NCBI RefSeq assembly: GCF_018977255.1
Contig: NW_024704743.1
Location: forward strand, 62,994,001 to 63,058,000
DNA from: Callorhinchus milii
Taxonomy: Eukaryota
Direction: 5' to 3'
DNA length: 64,000 nucleotides
The position numbers and the translations under genes are program-made. Positions 63,724 to 64,000 of this stretch are shown here, in pieces. The number at the start of each line of letters is the position of its first letter. The stretch's first letter is position 1. The notes under the pieces were generated by a model. That model did no database searches. It saw only the letters and a list, made by a program, of their open reading frames with translations, and was not told the origin of the DNA.

Positions 63724-64000
63724 AGTATGGTGGGATAGGTTGGGGCGGGGGTTACACCATGTCCTCTCACTGACTGGGGGTGTAAATAGTTGTGCTGCTG
63801 TTATCATGGCTCAGTATTGTGACTGAGGAAGTTGTCTGGTTTGCCACATGTTCTCAAGCGGAAGTCTATCTAACACCCAGCCCTTTCTTTCTCTTCCTCT
63901 CAGGGTCAGTAATGTCTGTAATGATTCTGTAAAGCACTTCAAGACAAACTGCACTGTCAATCCGACTGCCCTGCCCTATCCCCGTTCTATTTCAAAGTAT

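Overview
Eukaryotic (vertebrate) genomic DNA, AT-rich and densely packed with retroposons. The repeat repertoire (CR1 and L2 LINEs, Deu-domain tRNA SINEs, Penelope remnants) points to a cartilaginous fish, probably a holocephalan; this is an inference from remembered repeat families. No prokaryotic system, RNA gene or recognisable host protein is visible, so the window looks mostly intronic or intergenic. Nearly all long ORFs in the track are decayed LINE ORF2 pieces or translations of simple repeats. Best-supported content: a 2.2 kb 5'-truncated L2 inserted in the anticodon loop of a tRNA-Ala-like SINE (CGCAA target duplication); two CR1 RT fragments and several older ones; more than 30 copies or fragments of two SINE families that share one L2-type 3' tail; a G-rich minisatellite; and several palindromic MITE-like hairpins. 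Most unusual observations: (i) three copies of a non-CR1/non-L2 RT element whose motifs resemble, from memory, LINEs of early-diverging fungi and microsporidia, a possible horizontal transfer; (ii) a fold-back inverted duplication of the L2 YADD motif that replaces the GVPQG block; (iii) a modular SINE with a tRNA-Ala head, a CORE/Meta-like core and a Deu-type 3' half; (iv) candidate 6-, 13- and 20-nt microexons on the minus strand and a chain of candidate plus-strand exons, all unverified. Coordinates of degraded repeats are approximate.
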